The notes beneath the pieces were generated by a model. The model was not told the DNA's origin and made no database searches. It was given only the letters and a program-made list of their open reading frames with translations. Positions 16,378-20,000 of a DNA stretch of 20,000 bases are shown piece by piece. The position numbers and the translations under genes were made by a program. The number at the start of each line of letters is the position of its first letter. The stretch's first letter is position 1. The stretch is from an uncultured virus (IMG/VR IMGVR_UViG_3300017971_003573) (taxonomy: Duplodnaviria; Heunggongvirae; Uroviricota; Caudoviricetes): IMG/VR virus record IMGVR_UViG_3300017971_003573; one strand, given 5' to 3'.

Positions 16378-16708
16378 GACACCCAAGTGCCGGACGTCGC
16401 AAGCGTTGTTCCGGTTGATCTTCGAGGACGGTAAGGTGGGCATGGTCGCCGCTATGCCCATCGTGCTGTTGGACGACGAGCTTGAGCCAGGCCCAGTGAC
16501 CACGGAGAAGGTGGTCGCGAGCCTGCGAGCTCAGGCTGACGCTCTCATCGAGCGCATCGAGAATGCTGGCATCGAAGGCATCTACAACCAGGTGACCGAC
16601 GAGGCCAACTCCCGCAGAGATGACGCTCTGTCCCGGGCAGCGATTGCCAGGGAGAAACACCGCCAGGCGGCGCACGAGGCCCGAAAGAAAAATGACAAGA
16701 AGTCTTGA
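16370..16708 (+). CDS. Hypothetical protein with a C-terminal coiled coil
   Basis: AGGA RBS and an 8-nt overlap with the previous gene. Confidence 0.7.
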   Translation: MSETPKCRTSQALFRLIFEDGKVGMVAAMPIVLLDDELEPGPVTTEKVVASLRAQADALIERIENAGIEGIYNQVTDEANSRRDDALSRAAIAREKHRQAAHEARKKNDKKS

Positions 16709-16733
16709 AACATCCGAGGAACTGTGTTATCAC
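16705..16733 (+). promoter_or_regulatory. Candidate sigma70-type promoter
   Basis: TTGAAA-17 nt-TATCAC with a TGn extension, upstream of the AAGGA RBS and ATG 16761. Confidence 0.45.
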
Positions 16734-16760
16734 TTTACAGAACCTCAACAAGGATCCAAG

Positions 16761-17081
16761 ATGACTGACCCCAGCGAAGTGTTGATTCACATCGGCTCTG
16801 TTATCCAGGGTCATCTGCTCGTCGCCTCTGGAACGAGTCCAATCACCGAGGTCGTTAATGGCCCGCATGGTACGTTGGTCAACTGGCGAGACTCGGACGG
16901 CAACGATCAACACTTCCGCATCTCCGTCGAAGCGACGGATGCACCTCTTCTGCCTCCTGACATCGCTGCCATGGTAGACGATCTACCTGTCGTGAACCTC
17001 GACGAGTCCACGGAGGACGATGGCAACGCGGCAGAAGAAACCGAAGGCTGCACGAAGGCAGAGCCAGCCAGTGACGGCTGA
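16761..17081 (+). CDS. Hypothetical protein
   Basis: AAGGA RBS before ATG 16761 (alternative start 16692). Confidence 0.65.
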   Translation: MTDPSEVLIHIGSVIQGHLLVASGTSPITEVVNGPHGTLVNWRDSDGNDQHFRISVEATDAPLLPPDIAAMVDDLPVVNLDESTEDDGNAAEETEGCTKAEPASDG

Positions 17082-17094
17082 TCCTTCTGGTTAG
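17020..17094 (+). CDS. Possible 24-aa basic peptide
   Basis: GGAGG precedes ATG 17020; translates as MATRQKKPKAARRQSQPVTADPSG* and ends just before a terminator. Confidence 0.35.
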   Translation: MATRQKKPKAARRQSQPVTADPSG

Positions 17095-17108
17095 ATCAAG
17101 ATGATCAC

Positions 17109-17143
17109 CGGCCAGACACCTATGACGGGTGTTTGGCCGTTTT
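17109..17143 (+). terminator. Probable rho-independent terminator
   Basis: CGGCCAGACACC / GGTGTTTGGCCG 12-bp stem (one G-U pair), 7-nt loop, followed by TTTT. Confidence 0.7.
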
Positions 17144-17156
17144 CATGGAGACAGCC

Positions 17157-17684
17157 ATGCCACCAGAATACGCAGCCACATCCGCCGCCGCCTACGCACA
17201 CATCATTGCGAACGGGCTCATCCGCCGGAACCGCCAGGCCGTATACACGTTCATCCACGACTTCCAGGACGATCCCGACTACAACGGCGGCATCGCCCGT
17301 TATGACGTCAATACGCGGTTCAACGACCAGAGCGATTCATACTGCCCGCGAATCCGCGAGCTCATCAACCACGGTGTGATCGAGCGACGTGGTCGCAAGA
17401 TCAACCCAGCCACCGGGTGCGAGGTGTTCTATCACCGGCTCACATGTCGGCAGCTACCCCTTCCGCTGCCAACGCCACCCAAGGCATACTACGTGGCCCA
17501 CGGTGACCCACCGATCATCTTCCCGAGGCGTTACCGGACCTTGACGGAGGCCCAGATGAACGGGCGGATAGTCATGCGTACGATGGGGTGGTCGGCGAGC
17601 AACATGCGCGTCGTTATCATCAGGCACAACTGGGAGTTGTGCATCGAACGGTTGCTGACGCGAAGACAGCTCACGGAGGGCTAA
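17157..17684 (+). CDS. Winged helix-turn-helix-like DNA-binding protein
   Basis: TSAAAY..I...GL....QAVY...SYCPRIRELINHGVIERRG....PATG pattern typical of phage wHTH proteins. GGAG lies 6 nt before ATG 17157. Confidence 0.6.
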   Translation: MPPEYAATSAAAYAHIIANGLIRRNRQAVYTFIHDFQDDPDYNGGIARYDVNTRFNDQSDSYCPRIRELINHGVIERRGRKINPATGCEVFYHRLTCRQLPLPLPTPPKAYYVAHGDPPIIFPRRYRTLTEAQMNGRIVMRTMGWSASNMRVVIIRHNWELCIERLLTRRQLTEG

Positions 17685-17685
17685 C

Positions 17686-17958
17686 GTGAAAATCTGCGAC
17701 CTCTGCAAGCAACCGTACGAGCCGATGGTCCAGGAGATGTTCGACGTCAATGGCAACAGATACACCTACGAAGTGATGTGGTGTCTGGACTGCACGTCGA
17801 AATTTTACGCAAAATTTTTCAGCAAGCGCAAGGCTACCATATCAGTGCCATTCGACACGGGTATGGGAAAGGGGAATGGGAAAGGGGATGGGGAAGAGAA
17901 CGGTAGCATTTTCCATGCCTTGAACTCACTCGCCAACACAATTATGGGCCGCGACTAG
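17686..17958 (+). CDS. Small Zn-finger protein
   Basis: CDLC and CLDC pairs; GGAGGG RBS with GTG start. Confidence 0.65.
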   Translation: MKICDLCKQPYEPMVQEMFDVNGNRYTYEVMWCLDCTSKFYAKFFSKRKATISVPFDTGMGKGNGKGDGEENGSIFHALNSLANTIMGRD

Positions 17959-18090
17959 CGACAAATTGCTGGTATCTGTCAAACTCTTGCGTTACAATCT
18001 ATTGCGCAGCAACAAGTTGTGAACTTTCTCACGAGGAGAACCGTCTTAGAGACAGGGCGGTAATTAGAAACCGATTTCGGACGAGTAACT

Positions 18091-18354
18091 ATGATCACGG
18101 CACAGAGTGACGCCATGACCAACATCCCCATCGCGATCGCCGACGTTGAACGTCGAGTGATCCCAGGTTGGCCGGACTACGCGGTAAGCGAAGACGGCAC
18201 CGTCTGGGTTCTCGCGGACGATGTCTGGACCGAGGTCGCCCCGTGCGAACTACACACTGGTCCAAACTCTGTCTGGCTACGCAACGAGGGATGCCGGAAG
18301 GCATTCAACATCAAGAGCCTCGTCGAGCGCGTCTGGGGCACGTTCGGGGCGTAA
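18091..18354 (+). CDS. Stand-alone NUMOD4-like domain protein
   Basis: IPGWPDYAVSEDGTVW...VWLRNEGCRKAFNIKSLVERVW aligns to NUMOD4 (IPG+..Y.VS..G.V...V.L...G..K...VHRLVA.AF). No HNH domain follows. Start may be 18115. Confidence 0.65.
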   Translation: MITAQSDAMTNIPIAIADVERRVIPGWPDYAVSEDGTVWVLADDVWTEVAPCELHTGPNSVWLRNEGCRKAFNIKSLVERVWGTFGA

Positions 18355-18363
18355 GAACTGGTC

Positions 18364-18392
18364 TTTACATGACCTCCTTGGGCTGCTATGAA
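18364..18392 (+). promoter_or_regulatory. Candidate sigma70-type promoter overlapping an anti-SD arm
   Basis: TTTACA-17 nt-TATGAA with a TGn extension. Confidence 0.5.
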
Positions 18393-18426
18393 GTAGGCTC
18401 ACACCTACCTCATTTACCCAAGGAGG
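18373..18426 (+). promoter_or_regulatory. RBS-sequestering hairpin
   Basis: CCTCCTTGGG (18373-18382) is the exact reverse complement of CCCAAGGAGG (18417-18426). Inner pairings are ATGA/TCAT and GTAGG/CCTAC. Confidence 0.7.
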
Positions 18427-18433
18427 AATTTCG

Positions 18434-18733
18434 ATGAGACCTGTTGCTCTCTTGCTCGCTATCATCGTCGGGTTGTGCCTGGCGTTCGTGGCGAGCCCCA
18501 CCGTCGCCGGTACCGAAGCCCCATCTGCATGCGCCGCTGAATGCCAACTTGCGTGTCCTGAAGGAGGGGCATGCGCGGCTGCCGCCTGCTGCGAGCCGAG
18601 GTGTTGTCGAACCCCCGTACGCACAGTCCTCGTGGCAACTGGAAGGTGTTTGGTGAAAATCTTGCCGCCTTACCCCCGGGCTCGGGAACGCCGCCTGGCG
18701 AGACGGGCCTGTAGACGAAGTTGTTGCCACTGA
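18434..18733 (+). CDS. Small secreted Cys-rich, Arg-rich protein
   Basis: AAGGAGG RBS; Sec-type signal peptide (MRPVALLLAIIVGLCLAFVASPTVA); mature part rich in Cys, with a basic tail. Confidence 0.75.
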   Translation: MRPVALLLAIIVGLCLAFVASPTVAGTEAPSACAAECQLACPEGGACAAAACCEPRCCRTPVRTVLVATGRCLVKILPPYPRARERRLARRACRRSCCH

Positions 18734-18842
18734 TCTGATCCGACTCACTGGATTCCCACCCAGTGAATCCCCGCGCGGCCACTCAACAGTCCCCGTTGGG
18801 TGGCCGCCATCTTTCCTACCTTTCCGAAAGGATTCACCTACC

Positions 18843-19241
18843 ATGAAGCGTTTGTTGATCGTACTGCTCGTTCTGTTCTTCGCCACCGATGCCTTCGCCT
18901 GGCGGCGAGGGAGACGCCGGGGCTACTCGTACTCGTCCTACTCGTATAGCTCAGGCTTCGCTACGAAGATTGACAACGAGAAGCGATACTACGACAATAC
19001 GTTGAGTCTCCAAGACATCGCCATGATCAGGGCGAAGTGGATGGCCCACTACGGGTCGATGACCCACGGCATCCATGGCTACCACAAGAACTGCCCGCCA
19101 TATCCAAGCGGCGTCTCGGAAGGCATCGGCTGCGGCGGCCCGAAGTGCGGAACATGCACGTACGGTAGTCGGACGTGCGTTGCCGATGCGGAGTGGAAGA
19201 GTAAGAACGGCATGACTTATCGTGTCAGGTTCTTCAGATAA
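18843..19241 (+). CDS. Secreted protein with a possible minimal CAP/SCP-like domain
   Basis: Signal peptide ending in AFA; LQDIAMIRAKWMA....MTHG...EGIG...S.NG..Y resembles a reduced CAP-domain pattern. Confidence 0.6.
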   Translation: MKRLLIVLLVLFFATDAFAWRRGRRRGYSYSSYSYSSGFATKIDNEKRYYDNTLSLQDIAMIRAKWMAHYGSMTHGIHGYHKNCPPYPSGVSEGIGCGGPKCGTCTYGSRTCVADAEWKSKNGMTYRVRFFR

Positions 19242-19275
19242 GGCGAACTGCTAACCCCCGAACCAGGAGACGACG

Positions 19276-20000
19276 ATGAAGAGACGTGAGCTACTCAAAG
19301 GCGGCGGTCTTGCGGCTATCGGAGCCATGCTCGGCCTCGGTGCCACGGCGGCTGCAAAACCCACGGACCCGTTGATGCTGGACCCGGTGAAGCTGCCCAA
19401 AAGCAGGAAGACCGGCCTGGCTGCCATCGGTGAGAATTGGGACCAGCAACGCCAAGACGAGGCAACCAAGCTATTTGAGTGGGGTCAGCGGCACCTCGAC
19501 GGGATCTCGCCGGGCGGGATCTCCGTGCCGAAGAACTCACTGCCCGTCAACTACATGTTGAAGCCCGACTCGCTTGGTGACTTACCCGACCCGGGTATTC
19601 CTAACCTGTCAGAGAGCGGAGACCGACGAGCGCTGCCGTGGATCGGCAGCGACATCGTCGAGCGAGTGTTCGGGATGCTGGCCGGGCGTGAGTGGGGATA
19701 CCCACACAGGCGGCTGCCTGAGATGCGGAACAACTTCGATGAGGTCATCCCGCCGTACCGCATCGTGACCGCTCGTTACAACTTTGACGAGATGGACATC
19801 ACGCCACAGTACACGGGCGCCCTTCTGTACCGCATCGCCGTGGATCTTCACGGCGGTATCAAGCAGGCTCGCGAGAACTTCGCCAAGCACATCGGCAGGC
19901 CCGAGAGTGAGATAACCTTCGCCATGGAGCGCCCGCGCGTTCACGGCGAGCACACGGCCTACATGTTCGACGTCTTTGGCTGGGTCAACTGCGTGGGCTG
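19276..20000 (+). CDS. Twin-arginine (Tat) signal protein, 3'-truncated (not in the ORF track)
   Basis: AGGAG RBS; MKRRELLKGGGLAAIGAMLGLGATAAA-KP; the frame stays open to the window end. Confidence 0.75.
   Translation, partial: MKRRELLKGGGLAAIGAMLGLGATAAAKPTDPLMLDPVKLPKSRKTGLAAIGENWDQQRQDEATKLFEWGQRHLDGISPGGISVPKNSLPVNYMLKPDSLGDLPDPGIPNLSESGDRRALPWIGSDIVERVFGMLAGREWGYPHRRLPEMRNNFDEVIPPYRIVTARYNFDEMDITPQYTGALLYRIAVDLHGGIKQARENFAKHIGRPESEITFAMERPRVHGEHTAYMFDVFGWVNCVG

Noticed and set aside
17020..17156. Frameshift or TGA read-through joining the 17020 peptide or the 16761 ORF to the wHTH gene
   Set aside because: The intervening DNA forms a terminator hairpin, and the wHTH gene has its own GGAG-ATG at 17157.
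81..19953. Many long minus-strand ORFs (e.g. 5735-6892, 12244-13461, 14515-15327)
   Set aside because: All are antisense shadows of well-supported + strand genes in GC-rich DNA, with no motifs or RBS.
1..20000. Stop-codon reassignment (alternative genetic code)
   Set aside because: TAA, TAG and TGA all end genes at sensible boundaries, and coding density is already high under code 11.
1..20000. tRNA or rRNA genes
   Set aside because: No intergenic stretch shows a cloverleaf with T-loop and D-loop consensus, and the gaps are short.

Overview
GC-rich (roughly 60% by eye), gene-dense window with about 32 genes, all on the + strand and often coupled by ATGA/TAATG overlaps. It reads as a segment of a large (jumbo-type) phage genome. 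In order it carries a DNA-metabolism block (partial DEDDh exonuclease, RuvC-like resolvase with a histone-H1-like tail, orphan beta-class N4/N6 DNA methyltransferase, catalytically degenerate PolB-type exonuclease), several hypotheticals, a probable portal protein with a Zn-ribbon insert, two glycosyltransferases (GT-A and GT-B folds), a tubulin/FtsZ-family GTPase (PhuZ/TubZ-like), a degenerate HD/(p)ppGpp-hydrolase-like protein, wHTH, Zn-finger and NUMOD4 proteins, and three exported proteins (two Sec, one Tat) that resemble Planctomycete proteins. The main leads are: (i) a short peptide motif, [YFN]G[RK]xxRxI[DEQ][LIV], shared by four otherwise unrelated proteins including the portal C-terminus; (ii) a tubulin in a phage whose likely host lineage lacks FtsZ; (iii) RBS-sequestering RNA structures, one overlapped by a promoter that would release it and one with mutually exclusive folds; (iv) three apparent pseudoenzymes. 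All family calls come from motif recognition by eye; no database search was run.
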